From: Opitutia bacterium
Lineage (GTDB): Bacteria > Verrucomicrobiota > Verrucomicrobiia > Opitutales > Opitutaceae
DNA length: 64,000 nucleotides
Direction of reading: 5' to 3'
NCBI GenBank assembly: GCA_016187945.1
Contig: JACPIT010000004.1
Span: 306,854 to 370,853, forward strand
Of this stretch, positions 1 through 10,071 are shown one piece after another. A program made the position numbers and the translations under genes. The notes under the pieces were generated by a model that was given only the letters and a program-made list of their open reading frames with translations, was not told the origin of the DNA and did no database searches. Position 1 is the first letter of the stretch. Each line of letters starts with the position of its first letter.

Positions 1-1010
1 ACCACTTCAAGAAGGACTTCGACGCCGCCGACGTCCGCCAGTCGATCGACGCCGCCATCGCCGTCCGCGTGCAGGAGCCGGTGTTCGAGTCGCAGACGAA
101 AACCAAACTCGGCTCGACCGACATGGGCCCGAAGGGTCCGAGCCTGAAGGAATTCGTCGGCAAATTCATGCAGCAGTCGCTCGACGTCTACCTGCACAAG
201 AACCGCGAGGTCGCCGAAACCATCCGCCGCAAGATCGAGGAAAACGAGCACGAGCGCAAAGAACTCGCCGGCATCCGCAACATCGCCCGCGAGCGCGCGA
301 AAAAGGCCTCGCTCCACAACAAGAAGCTCCGCGACTGCCGCCTCCACCTCGGCGACCGCAACGAACGCGCCGAGCAGAGCACGCTCTTCATCGTCGAAGG
401 CGACTCCGCCGCCGGCTCGCTCACCTCCTGCCGCGACGTGCAGACGCAAGCCGTGTTCGCGTTGAAAGGAAAACCGCTCAACACCTACGGCCTCTCGAAG
501 AAGGTCATCTACGAGAACGAGGAATTCCACCTCCTCCAAGCCGCGTTGAACATCGAGGACGGCATGGACGGCCTCCGCTACAACCGGATCGTCATCGCCA
601 CCGACGCCGACGTCGACGGCATGCACATCCGGCTCTTGCTGATTTCGTTTTTCCTCCAGTTCTTCCCCGACCTCATCCGCAACGGCCACCTCTTCATCCT
701 CGAGACGCCGCTCTTCCGCGTGCGCAACAAAAAGAAGACGATCTATTGCTACGACGAGCGCGAGAAGCAGACCGCCATCGCCGAGCTCGGCGCCAGCCAT
801 GAAATCACACGCTTCAAAGGCCTCGGCGAAATCTCCTCGGGCGAGTTCAAGGATTTCATCGGCGAAAACATCCGCCTCGAACCGGTGAACCTGAACCACC
901 TCTACAGCACCGAGGAACTGCTCGCCTTCTTCATGGGCAAGAACACGCCCGAGCGCCAGGACTTCATCATCGGCAATCTCCGCGTCGAAAAGGATCTGGT
1001 CGAGGTGTGA
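1..1010 (+). CDS. parE: Type IIA topoisomerase subunit B, C-terminal part (ParE-like); 5' end lies outside the window
   Basis: The frame is open from base 3. Motifs: [22 protein letters not shown] and DADVDGMHI, and C-terminal FKGLGEIS...[12 protein letters not shown] ParC-like partner lies downstream. Confidence 0.85.
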   Translation, partial: HFKKDFDAADVRQSIDAAIAVRVQEPVFESQTKTKLGSTDMGPKGPSLKEFVGKFMQQSLDVYLHKNREVAETIRRKIEENEHERKELAGIRNIARERAKKASLHNKKLRDCRLHLGDRNERAEQSTLFIVEGDSAAGSLTSCRDVQTQAVFALKGKPLNTYGLSKKVIYENEEFHLLQAALNIEDGMDGLRYNRIVIATDADVDGMHIRLLLISFFLQFFPDLIRNGHLFILETPLFRVRNKKKTIYCYDEREKQTAIAELGASHEITRFKGLGEISSGEFKDFIGENIRLEPVNLNHLYSTEELLAFFMGKNTPERQDFIIGNLRVEKDLVEV

Positions 1011-1151
1011 GCCAGCGGCTCACGCCCGTTGAAGCTGGAAGTTTACGTCGAAGTTTTCGGGCGCCGGCTCCGTCGGTAGCGCCGGTCTCCGACCGGCGTC
1101 GACCTCCGTCTCTTCAACCTAAACTTTCAACTTAAACGGAAGGTCTGTTGC

Positions 1152-1922
1152 CTACGGCAACAAACCGTCGAGCCCCGCCGCCGCGAATTTGCTCCGCAGC
1201 TCCGTCAGCGCGCGCCGGCTCGCCGCGAGCGGCGGCGCGCCGCAATCGAGGTGAAAGAGCATCTCGTCGTCGCCGCTGCGCTCGATCTTCTTCACGCGCG
1301 CCAGATTCACGAGCACCTGCCGGTGGATGCGCACGAACTGCGCCTCGGGCAGAGTTTCCTCCCACGACTTCAGCGTGCGCAGCACCAGCAGTGTCTGTCC
1401 GCCGTCGAGGACCAGCTCCGTGTAGTTCTCCGCCGAGCGCACCGCGCAGATCGACGCCACCGGCACGAAACGCGTCGCCCCGTCCGTTTTCACGAACACC
1501 CGGTCGTCCGTCGTGAGCCGCTGTCCCGGCGCCGCCGCCGCCGCGGGCGCGACGGCGAGCGTGCGCGCCTCGCCGAGCCGTTGCAGCGTCGCCATCAGCC
1601 GCGAGCCGGAGACCGGCTTGAGCAGGTAGTCGAGCGCGTTCACCTCGAACGCCCGCAGCGCGAACCGATCGTAGGCCGTCACGAACACGATCTGCGCGCC
1701 GGGCTTCACGCTATCCAGCAAATCGAAGCCGCTGCCGCCCCGGAGCTGGATATCGAGAAACACGAGATCGTAATCCGCCCGGCCGAGCAGCGCGCGCGCG
1801 TCGTTCAACGTGCCCGCTTCGCCGGCGATCTCGATGCGCGGCGTCGCGCCGAGCAAGCGCCGCAGCTCGAGCCGGGCGAGCGGCTCATCATCGATCAACA
1901 AGGCACGGCGCGAGGGATTCAT
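1152..1922 (-). CDS. LytR/AlgR-family response regulator (REC + LytTR DNA-binding domain)
   Basis: REC motifs LLIDDEP, DLVFLDIQL and FVTAYDRFALRAFEVNALDYLLKP. C-terminal LytTR-like segment VRSAENYTELV...FVRIHRQVLVNL. ATG start checked at 1922. Confidence 0.9.
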   Translation of the reverse strand: MNPSRRALLIDDEPLARLELRRLLGATPRIEIAGEAGTLNDARALLGRADYDLVFLDIQLRGGSGFDLLDSVKPGAQIVFVTAYDRFALRAFEVNALDYLLKPVSGSRLMATLQRLGEARTLAVAPAAAAAPGQRLTTDDRVFVKTDGATRFVPVASICAVRSAENYTELVLDGGQTLLVLRTLKSWEETLPEAQFVRIHRQVLVNLARVKKIERSGDDEMLFHLDCGAPPLAASRRALTELRSKFAAAGLDGLLP

Positions 1923-2085
1923 GATCGGTGAATCAGGGTGGTCGCCGCTGTCCCAGCGGCGACGAGCGGGCCCGCGGCGGACACGACGGTGCGGGCCTCG
2001 AACGCGACAGACTCCAGCGCGGCGTCGCTGGGAACGACGACGACGCCCACCGCGCGCCTCACCGCTCGGATTTCATCCTGCCCGC

Positions 2086-5000
2086 TCACACCGCCACCTC
2101 GCTTCCGCTCCGGACCTTCTGCGGCAGCCGCAGCCGCACGCGCACCCAGCCCTCCTCGGTCACGATGTGCGGCCGGCACTGCGGGCCGTAGTAGCGCGCG
2201 AGCCGGCGGCGCAGATTTTCCAGCCCGATGTGCGTCGACTCCGGCGTCGGCGCCGCGCTGCCGAATTTTTCGCCCACCCACGTGCCGGTGTTCGCGATTT
2301 CGGCCACGAGCACGTCGTCGTCGAGCCGGATCGTCACCGCGACTTCGAGCACGCTCGGGCTCGTCTTGCCGCCGTATTTGATGGCGTTCTCGATCAGCGG
2401 AAGAAAAAGAAACGACGGCAAGCTCACCGCACACGCCGCGGGATCGACGTGGATGCGCGTCAGCAGCCCTTCCTGCCAGCGCGTGCGCTCGATGTCCAAA
2501 TACGCGCGCAACATCTCGACTTCCTCCGCCACGGTCGTCATCCCGTCGCCGCCGCGCGTGAGCGTCCCGCGGCAAAACTCCGAGAGCCGCGTCACCATCT
2601 CGCCCGCCGCGTCCGCGTTTGAAAACACGAGCGCGCGGATCGAGTTGAGCGAGTTGTAGAGGAAATGCGGGTTGAGCTGGTAGCGCAGCAACTCGAGTTG
2701 CGCCTTCTCCTCGGCGAGGCGCGCGGCGAGTTTCTCGTTCTGGTCGAGCCGGTGCAGTCGCTCGAGTTCGACGTTCTTGCGCGCCAGTTCGGCGGTGCGC
2801 ATCGCGATGACGTCCTCGAGCCGGTTGCGCTCGCGGAGCAGGCGGCGGAGGCGCCAGCGCACATACGTGAAAATCGCGAACGTGCCGCCGAAAAGATAAA
2901 ACGCCACCGCGGCCGTCGTGCGCCACCACGGCGCCAGCACGACGAACGCGAATCGCGCGGGCTCGCTCCAGCGCCCATCGGTCGAGCGTGCTCGCGTCTC
3001 GAACACGTAGGAGCCCTCCGGCAAATTGGTGAACGTCCGCTCGCCCGCGTTGGAACGTTGCAGCTCGTCATCGAGAAACCCGATCAAGCGCGATTCGTGC
3101 AACACCCCCGTTTCGCCGCCGAGGCCGGGAGTCGCAAACGTGAAGCGCACGGTGTTCTCCTTGAAACTCAGGTTCGTCGGCGCGACGCCGGCGCTGGCCA
3201 GCGCGCGCCGATCGCGCCCCACCTGGACGCTGCGCAGCAACGTCGCACCGATCGCGGGCGGCGGGTTCTGGCGCCACGCCGTGAGGTCCACGCGGCGCAA
3301 CTCCGATTGCCCGGCCATCCACAGAATTTCGCGCCCGTTCTGCTCCTCCCAAGCGAGCTGCGTCAGCGCGCCGAGTTGATCGAGGTCGGGCATCGGCAGA
3401 CGTTCCCAGCGGCCGTCGCGACCGTAGACGATCTCGCCCGGCTCCGGGCCGCGACTCTCGACGCTCATCCACAATCCGCCGTGCCCGTCCTCGGCGGCGA
3501 CCCGCACGAAAGCGTCCCCGCCGCCGAAACGATCGCCGTAGCGGCGCTCCGGCACGAAGCGCCGCGCCGTCGCGTCCCAGCGAAAAAATCCGCGGTGCGT
3601 CATGAACAACGGCGCGCCGCCCGCGAGCTTGAGCCACACCATGCGGCGCTCGACCGGCAGGCCCGCCGCCTCGGCGAAGCGCTCGATCTTCTGCGCCTTC
3701 GGCTCGGTGGGCGACGGCTCGATGCGCAACACGCCCGCGCTCGGCGTCGCGAGCCACAACGCGCCGTCGCGATCGATCGTCGGCGACCGCAATTCGCCGC
3801 TCAGCTCCGGCCAGATTCCCTCGAACTGCCACCCGCCGCCCGCGCGCCGCCACGACGCGACGCCGTTGATGAAAGTCGCGAGGATGCGCTCCGTCGCACC
3901 CGGCAGGCGCACCGGATCGCGCACGCTCCGCACTGCCGGCGGTCCCTCCAGTCGCGTCGATTTGCCGCCGCTGATCCACGTCAACCCTTCGAGCCCGCCC
4001 GCGAGCACCCCGTCGGGAAAACGCACGAGCTCGGTCGCGCGGTCGTTGTAGGCCTGACTCTCGCGCAGTCGCGGGCTGCCGGGCAGCCGTTCAGGCGCTT
4101 GCAGCTCGAAAATGCCGCGCGCCGTGCTGACGAGGATCTTGCCGTCGACGCGCGAGATCGACTCCGGTCCGCTCGACCCGAACCCGTGCGCGCTGCCGAA
4201 CACGCGCACCGGGGAGCGATAGTCGAGGCGCACCACGCCGTTGTCCGTGCCCAGCCAGAGCGCGCCGTGGCGGTCGAGATGCGCCGTGATCGCTGTGTCG
4301 CTCGGCAATCCCGCCGTGGCATCGAACGTTTCCTCGAGCCGGAAGTCCGGCCCCAACACCACCGCGCCGCCCTGCAAACTCGGAATCACGAGGCGCCCGC
4401 CCGGCAGCGCGAACGCCGCGTAAGGGCGCTTCGTTTTCAGCCACTCGTCGATTTCCATCGCCAACGGCGACAGCGTCGCGCCGTCGACGGTCACGACGCC
4501 ACGCCCGCCCGTCAGCGCGAGCAACCGTCCCTCCGCCGTGCGCCACAGGTGGCGCGGCAACATTGGATTCTCCGCGATCTGCTCCCACGTGCCGTCCGGA
4601 CCCGGCGTGAACCACGCGCGCTCGCGCGACACGATGAGCCGCCCGTCCACCGGAAACGCGCCGACGACGCCCTTCTCGCCAATCCGCCACACGTCGAATC
4701 GCGTGCCGTTCCAGCGCAACGTCGCCGCGGAGGTTTGAAAATACACTCCGTCCCGCATCGCGTGCAGCGACCACACGGCGCCGATGTCGCCCAACTCCGC
4801 CGGCACGCGCGCACGCAGCGACTCGTAGCGCAGTTGGCCGTCCGCACCGCCGACGAGCCGACCGAGTTCGTTGACGCCGCCGACCCACGCGATGCCGGCC
4901 GCGTCGACCTCGAGCGCGCGGATAAACGAGCCGCCCGGCACCGGAATCGCCTGCCAGCGCAACCCGTCGAATTCGAGCACCTGGTCGAGATTGCCGAAGA

Positions 5001-5289
5001 GCATCCGCCCGTCCGGCAGCTCCGCGATCCGCCAAATCTGGTGATGTCCGCGATACTCCCGCGGCAGGAAGAGGCGCGCCACCGGTTGGCCGCGCTCGAT
5101 CGCGCGCGTGCGCGAATCCGGCTCCGTCGCCACTCCGCTGGCGCCGGTCTCTGCCGCCGTCGCCGCTCCCGTCAGCGCGAGGCTCTCGCTGAAACAGGCG
5201 AGCGAAAACAGGAATGCGGAGGCGGGGCGCACGGGCGTGAGAAAAAGAAAACCGCCCGTCAGCGCGAGCCGGTTCGCGCCGCCGCCCAC
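2086..5289 (-). CDS. Sensor histidine kinase: periplasmic beta-propeller/Y_Y_Y-type sensor, TM segment, LytS-type His_kinase and HATPase
   Basis: LNPHFLYNSLNSIRALV (PF06580-type H box) and LPLIENAIKYG (N box), after a long repeat-rich extracytoplasmic region. The ORF is open to 5475, but the upstream gene stops at 5310. An in-frame GTG at 5289 gives a signal-like N-terminus, so the start is uncertain. Confidence 0.8.
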   Translation of the reverse strand: MGGGANRLALTGGFLFLTPVRPASAFLFSLACFSESLALTGAATAAETGASGVATEPDSRTRAIERGQPVARLFLPREYRGHHQIWRIAELPDGRMLFGNLDQVLEFDGLRWQAIPVPGGSFIRALEVDAAGIAWVGGVNELGRLVGGADGQLRYESLRARVPAELGDIGAVWSLHAMRDGVYFQTSAATLRWNGTRFDVWRIGEKGVVGAFPVDGRLIVSRERAWFTPGPDGTWEQIAENPMLPRHLWRTAEGRLLALTGGRGVVTVDGATLSPLAMEIDEWLKTKRPYAAFALPGGRLVIPSLQGGAVVLGPDFRLEETFDATAGLPSDTAITAHLDRHGALWLGTDNGVVRLDYRSPVRVFGSAHGFGSSGPESISRVDGKILVSTARGIFELQAPERLPGSPRLRESQAYNDRATELVRFPDGVLAGGLEGLTWISGGKSTRLEGPPAVRSVRDPVRLPGATERILATFINGVASWRRAGGGWQFEGIWPELSGELRSPTIDRDGALWLATPSAGVLRIEPSPTEPKAQKIERFAEAAGLPVERRMVWLKLAGGAPLFMTHRGFFRWDATARRFVPERRYGDRFGGGDAFVRVAAEDGHGGLWMSVESRGPEPGEIVYGRDGRWERLPMPDLDQLGALTQLAWEEQNGREILWMAGQSELRRVDLTAWRQNPPPAIGATLLRSVQVGRDRRALASAGVAPTNLSFKENTVRFTFATPGLGGETGVLHESRLIGFLDDELQRSNAGERTFTNLPEGSYVFETRARSTDGRWSEPARFAFVVLAPWWRTTAAVAFYLFGGTFAIFTYVRWRLRRLLRERNRLEDVIAMRTAELARKNVELERLHRLDQNEKLAARLAEEKAQLELLRYQLNPHFLYNSLNSIRALVFSNADAAGEMVTRLSEFCRGTLTRGGDGMTTVAEEVEMLRAYLDIERTRWQEGLLTRIHVDPAACAVSLPSFLFLPLIENAIKYGGKTSPSVLEVAVTIRLDDDVLVAEIANTGTWVGEKFGSAAPTPESTHIGLENLRRRLARYYGPQCRPHIVTEEGWVRVRLRLPQKVRSGSEVAV

Positions 5290-5309
5290 GGACGGACGGC
5301 GGCGCGTGC

Positions 5310-6344
5310 TCAGGTGCTGACCGGCATGAGCAAAAATCCTCGCAGCGCGCCGTCGCGCAGGCCCGTGCCCGCGACCCAGCCGGCGGAGTTCACGGCCACG
5401 GCCTTTTGCAGAACCCACTCCGGCGCGCCGCAGACGAGATCGGCCAGCGCGCGCATGCCGTCGGCCGGCGTCCAACGAAACGCCCCGCGCGCGCCGTTGT
5501 CGTCCATGAACCGGCCCACGACCATGCGCGCGTCGTTGGCCGCGAGCGCCTCGCTCTGGTGCGCCGCGCTGGAGTTCAAATCGTAGGTGCGCCCGCCTTC
5601 ATGGAGGAACGCGTGAATGTTGCCCTGCGGCGTCATGATGCGCCCGCACACGCGTCCGCCCGCGGTGAGCGCCGTGCCCCACACGCCGCCACCGGGCTCG
5701 GGCTTGATCGTCGTCACCGCATCGCCCCACCACAGTGTCGCCTGCGATTGCGTTTCAAAAATCCCGCACGCGCAATTCGCGAGGACCGTGCCCGAGTCGT
5801 TCAGCGCCGCGGCGACGGCGTTCACGCCGCTCGGCACGGGCAGGAACCGCGGCTCGCCGCCGTCGTGCAGAAACACCCGCCGCCGCGCGCGCCCGTCGGA
5901 GACGAACGTCACGTGCCCGGCTACCTCGCCGACGTTGTTGACGCCTGTCGCGCAGCTCTCCGCCTCCGGCCAAAACTCCGCACCCAAACCGCCGCGGTGC
6001 GCCGCCCACGCATGCAACGGCCCCGTGCCGACGCGCCGCTGGCCGGCCAGCAGGCCGTTGCCGCTCAAGCTCGTCAGCGGCACGCCGCCCACCGCGCTGG
6101 CGCATTCCACCAGCGCACCGCCTGCGCGCACGAAGCCGCGCACGCTCGCCGTCTTCGCCTGCCGCTCCGGCGCGTGGCCGTAGAGCGCGATCCGCCCGGC
6201 GTCGTTCAACGCCACGGGCAGCAACGGCACCCCCGGCGCGAGTTCGCCGAGATCCTCGAGGCGATACGCGACCGGAAATTCGGCGGGCCTTTCCCGCGGA
6301 GAAGCGGTCGCGAACGGCGGGTTGGACGTGGTCAGCGTGGACAT
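5310..6344 (-). CDS. HAF-family extracellular repeat protein (tentative)
   Basis: Repeated units of the type xxNDxGxVxG....HAF/AFxW (GNIHAFLHEGG, ARGAFRWTPADGMRALADL, LRGFLL). ATG MSTLTT checked at 6344. It lies 20 nt upstream of the kinase on the same strand. Confidence 0.55.
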   Translation of the reverse strand: MSTLTTSNPPFATASPRERPAEFPVAYRLEDLGELAPGVPLLPVALNDAGRIALYGHAPERQAKTASVRGFVRAGGALVECASAVGGVPLTSLSGNGLLAGQRRVGTGPLHAWAAHRGGLGAEFWPEAESCATGVNNVGEVAGHVTFVSDGRARRRVFLHDGGEPRFLPVPSGVNAVAAALNDSGTVLANCACGIFETQSQATLWWGDAVTTIKPEPGGGVWGTALTAGGRVCGRIMTPQGNIHAFLHEGGRTYDLNSSAAHQSEALAANDARMVVGRFMDDNGARGAFRWTPADGMRALADLVCGAPEWVLQKAVAVNSAGWVAGTGLRDGALRGFLLMPVST

Positions 6345-6496
6345 CGGCGACGCGCGAAGGTTGGCGCCGACCGTGAGCGCGCCGCGACGCGTGATTGACC
6401 AGCGGCTTCCGCGCGCTGACCAGCGGGAGACGGCCCCCGGATGCGAAGCGCCGCTTGACGGAGGCCTGCCCGCCTCCAAACCTCGCCGCTCACTCG

Positions 6497-8689
6497 ATGG
6501 CCAAGAAGAAACCGTCCAAAAAACCGAACGACCAAGCCGAGCTCCCGCTCAGCGGCGACGATGCGTCGCCGCAAGTGGCAAGTGCCAAGGATCAAGGTCC
6601 AAACGACAGCGCCACCGCCCCGGCGCCATCCGAGCCGTCAGCGCTCAGTCCTCAGTCCTCCGACGCACCGTCCTCCGAGTCCGCCGCGTCCGAAGCCCCG
6701 CGCCGCCCGAAGGGCCAGAAGGTCTACGACGAAGACGCGCCGCTCTCGAAGGCCTACAAGAACTGGTTCCTCGACTACGCCAGCTACGTCATCCTCGACC
6801 GCGCCGTCCCGCACCTCGACGACGGCCTGAAGCCCGTCCAACGCCGCGTGCTCCACACGCTCTGGGACATGGACGACGGCCGCTTCCACAAGGTCGCCAA
6901 CGTCGTCGGCGCCACGATGAAGCTCCACCCGCACGGCGACGCCTCGATCGGCGCCGCGCTCGTCGGCATCGCGCAACGCGGCTGGCTCATCGAGCCGCAA
7001 GGCAACTTCGGCAACACGATGACGGGCGACGAAGCCGCCGCCCCGCGTTACATCGAAGCGCGCCTCACGGCGTTCGCCCGCGAGGTGTTGTTCAACCCGA
7101 AGACGACGACGTGGCAGCTCAGCTACGACGGCCGCGCGAAGGAGCCGGTCACGCTCCCGGCCAAGTTCCCCATCGCACTCCTCGAAGGCGCCGACGGCAT
7201 CGCGGTCGGTCTGGCGACGAAGATTCTCCCGCACAATTTCAACGACCTCTGCCGCGCCGCGATCAATCACCTGCAGGGAAAAACCTTCCGCATCCTGCCG
7301 GACTTCCCCACGGGCGGCACGGCCGACTTCGCCGAATACAACGACGGCGAACGCGGCGGCAAGGTGAAGGTCCGCGCCAAGATCGAGGCGCGCTCCAAAT
7401 ATCTCCTCGCCGTCACCGAGCTGCCGTTCGGCGTCACCACCGAGTCGCTCATCGAGTCGATCCTCGCCGCCAACGCGAAGGGCAAGATCAAGATCAAGCA
7501 CGTCGACGACAACACCGCCGACGCGGTCGAGATCCTCATCCACCTCCCGCAAGGCTCCGAGCCTGAGAAAGTCATCCAGCAACTCTACGTTTTCACGAGT
7601 TGCCAGGTGCAGCTCAACCCCGCCGCCTGCGTGATCGTCCGCGGCGAAAACGGCGAAGACAAACCGCAGTTCCTCGGCGTCCGCGAAATCCTCAAGCGCA
7701 GCGTCGAGGCCACGCGCGAACTCCTGAAGCGCGAACTCGAGATCAAGCTCGGCGAACTCGAGCAGCAGTGGCACTGGGATTCGCTCGAACGCATTTTCAT
7801 CGAGAACCGCATCTACCACCGCATCGAGAAATCGAAGACGTGGGAAAGCGTGCTCGAGGAAATCCGCACCGGCTTGAAGCCGTTCGTGAAGAACCTGCGC
7901 CGCGAGGTGACCGACGAGGACATCACGCGCCTGACTGAAATCCGCATCAAGCGCATCTCCGCCTACAACCGCTTCCAGGCCGACGAAGCCATCAAGAAGA
8001 TCGAGGACGGCATCAAGGAGACGAAGGCCAACCTCAAGAACCTCACCGGCTACTCCGTCGCGTGGTTCGAGATGTTGCAGGAGAAATACGGCAAGGGCAT
8101 CAAACGGAAGACGAGCTACGACGAGATCGAGCAAATCGACGCCTCCGCCGTCGTCTCCGCCAACCAGCGCCTCTACGTGAACCGCGAAGACGGTTTCATC
8201 GGCCTGAACTGGCGCCAGCACGAATTCGTGCAGGAGTGCACGATCCTCGACAGCGTCCTCTGCATCATGCGTGACGGCTCGCTCAAGGTCTCGAAAGTCG
8301 CCGACAAGACTTTCATGGGCCGCGACATCATCCACGTCGCCATCTGGCCGAAGGACGGCGACCAGAATTTCTACACGATGGTCTATCAGGACGGAGAGAG
8401 CGGAAAAGCCTTCGCGAAAAAATTCCAGATCGGCGGCCTCTCGCGCGACAAGCTCTACCCGCTCGCGAAATCCGAGAACTCCAAAATCGTCTACCTCGAC
8501 GTCGCGAAGTCCGAGAAGGAAATGCCGAAGAGCCTCCACGTGAGCCTCGACGGCCGCAGCGGCGCGAGAGTGCGCGAACTGGACTTCGACCTGACGCCCG
8601 TCCCCGTGAGCACCCGCACCGCGAAAGGTCTCACGGTCACCAAGTGGGCCGTGAAGGAAGTGAAGCCGAACGATCTGGCGCTGAAGTGA
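6497..8689 (+). CDS. parC: DNA topoisomerase IV subunit A (Bacteroidetes/PVC-type ParC) with a low-complexity N-terminal extension
   Basis: DGLKPVQRRVLHTLWDMDDGRFHKVANVVGATMKLHPHGDASIGAALV. The catalytic Tyr region is PRYIEARL. ATG checked at 6497 (MAKKKPSKK). Confidence 0.85.
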   Translation: MAKKKPSKKPNDQAELPLSGDDASPQVASAKDQGPNDSATAPAPSEPSALSPQSSDAPSSESAASEAPRRPKGQKVYDEDAPLSKAYKNWFLDYASYVILDRAVPHLDDGLKPVQRRVLHTLWDMDDGRFHKVANVVGATMKLHPHGDASIGAALVGIAQRGWLIEPQGNFGNTMTGDEAAAPRYIEARLTAFAREVLFNPKTTTWQLSYDGRAKEPVTLPAKFPIALLEGADGIAVGLATKILPHNFNDLCRAAINHLQGKTFRILPDFPTGGTADFAEYNDGERGGKVKVRAKIEARSKYLLAVTELPFGVTTESLIESILAANAKGKIKIKHVDDNTADAVEILIHLPQGSEPEKVIQQLYVFTSCQVQLNPAACVIVRGENGEDKPQFLGVREILKRSVEATRELLKRELEIKLGELEQQWHWDSLERIFIENRIYHRIEKSKTWESVLEEIRTGLKPFVKNLRREVTDEDITRLTEIRIKRISAYNRFQADEAIKKIEDGIKETKANLKNLTGYSVAWFEMLQEKYGKGIKRKTSYDEIEQIDASAVVSANQRLYVNREDGFIGLNWRQHEFVQECTILDSVLCIMRDGSLKVSKVADKTFMGRDIIHVAIWPKDGDQNFYTMVYQDGESGKAFAKKFQIGGLSRDKLYPLAKSENSKIVYLDVAKSEKEMPKSLHVSLDGRSGARVRELDFDLTPVPVSTRTAKGLTVTKWAVKEVKPNDLALK

Positions 8690-8978
8690 AGGCCTGCCCG
8701 TAAGGTAGGGCGGGACCGCTGGGTTCGCCGTGGGCAGCGCTCACCGGTTGCGAGCCACAGCCGAATCACATCGCCCCAACGCCCCTTTGGGAGGGCGGCG
8801 CTCCGTCGCCGCCTGCCCGCCCGCACATCCACGTAAATGGCCCCGAATCGATCCCGGCCCAAAGCAATCCGGGCCACAAGAAGCACAAAAATCGCAAAGC
8901 CCGACCACCCGCGTGAAACCGCGGAAATGATACTCATAGTCCGTGGCCTGTTCTGCGCCGTTCGGCTATTCTCAGGAC

Positions 8979-9272
8979 GTGCGCCCTGAATCACCGACTC
9001 GCCCCGCCTACGCGATCTTCATCACCACTGTTTGCGAAGGCACTTTGCCTGCGTGGCACGACGAGAACGGGTTTCCGATGACCTACGCCACCGAACGCGA
9101 AGCGCAGCTCGAAATCGTCGACGACATCCAAGAGCGATTGTGCCAATTCATCGCTGGCGAACGCGATTTCGACGACGCCATAACCGTCGAAGATTTTGTC
9201 CTGCCTGTGAACGTGTGGCCAGACGGCTCGATTTCGACTGAGGACGGGCGCGTTTTCAGCAAATGCGAGTAG
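8979..9272 (+). CDS. Hypothetical small protein in the low-GC islet
   Basis: ORF 8943..9272. An in-frame GTG at 8979 is the preferred start. Codon usage differs from the flanks, and the stop abuts the stop of the convergent HNH gene. I recognise no family. Confidence 0.35.
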   Translation: MRPESPTRPAYAIFITTVCEGTLPAWHDENGFPMTYATEREAQLEIVDDIQERLCQFIAGERDFDDAITVEDFVLPVNVWPDGSISTEDGRVFSKCE

Positions 9273-10064
9273 CTACTGATGGAAAATCTCGCGGCGATGC
9301 ACCGCGAGATACTGTTCTTCGGGAAGAACGGCGTCTTTTGCCAAATGCAACGATTGTCCCTCATACGCTGAAAACGATTCCGCAACCGCCCGATGAGGCA
9401 GAAACGATTTCAGACGACGCGAGAGCTGGAGACGCAACTCATGATCGAACGTAATTAACCCCGCATCGAAGGCGGCATCGTGCAGCCGAGACAGCGAGAG
9501 CCCATTGCGGACATCGAGGCGCTCAGCTTCGAACTTTCCCCACGGCAGGATGTGCGACGCCACCAACAGTTCCCGCACCGCTAGTCCCGTCACACCACAG
9601 CGCCCACCGAAATTATTCAGCACCGCATCGCGGAAATATGCCTGACCGCGCCGCACTTTCACGTTGGCCAGTCGCTCCGTGTCGCCCTGCGGCATAATGC
9701 GTTTGCGCACGCCATCCGCCGCGACAACCTCCACTTCCTCCTTGAGCGAGGGATCGAACAACCGCTGAAACGCTTCTTCGCTCGCAGGCGCCGCTTCTCC
9801 AAGGTTCGCGTGAAATTCGGACCATACCGCCCGGTCAAGTGCGCTCGCGCCCGAAAGACCTCTTATGCCCCGCAGTCTCAGCGCCGGATCCAGAGACGCA
9901 AAATTGCAGAGCTTCATCGCGAGACTATTCGCTCCGCGGCCTAATTTCTCTGCGACCGCAATGATCGCCGGCTGTCGCGCGTGCATCTGGCCGAACGTCA
10001 GCTTGTGGTAGAGATTCAGCGCCACGAGCAACTCGTCGCGACGCCACCGTGAGCCGGAAGCCAT
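9273..10064 (-). CDS. HNH endonuclease (HNH_2/PF13391-like, 'putative restriction endonuclease' architecture)
   Basis: C-terminal CGVTGL...LVASHILPW...RNGLSLSRLHDAAFDAGLITFD, after a helical N-terminal region (RWRRDELLVALNLYHKL). ATG at 10064 checked; the ORF-track start at 10097 is TTG. Confidence 0.8.
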   Translation of the reverse strand: MASGSRWRRDELLVALNLYHKLTFGQMHARQPAIIAVAEKLGRGANSLAMKLCNFASLDPALRLRGIRGLSGASALDRAVWSEFHANLGEAAPASEEAFQRLFDPSLKEEVEVVAADGVRKRIMPQGDTERLANVKVRRGQAYFRDAVLNNFGGRCGVTGLAVRELLVASHILPWGKFEAERLDVRNGLSLSRLHDAAFDAGLITFDHELRLQLSRRLKSFLPHRAVAESFSAYEGQSLHLAKDAVLPEEQYLAVHRREIFHQ

Positions 10065-10071
10065 ATGGCGC

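Noticed and set aside
2665-5586. 973-aa ORF on the plus strand
   Set aside because: It lies antisense to the sensor kinase. The product is dominated by Arg/Ala/Gly/Pro/His with no motifs, while the minus-strand frame carries clear His_kinase/HATPase motifs. This is the typical shadow ORF of GC-rich DNA.
6638-8539. 633-aa minus-strand ORF, and the 414-aa plus-strand ORF at 6322..7566
   Set aside because: These are the antisense and out-of-phase frames of parC. The parC frame is unambiguous.
8491-8994. 167-aa minus-strand ORF downstream of parC
   Set aside because: Its 3' half overlaps the parC coding end in antisense. The non-overlapping part runs through word-repeat sequence. Its composition is not coding-like.
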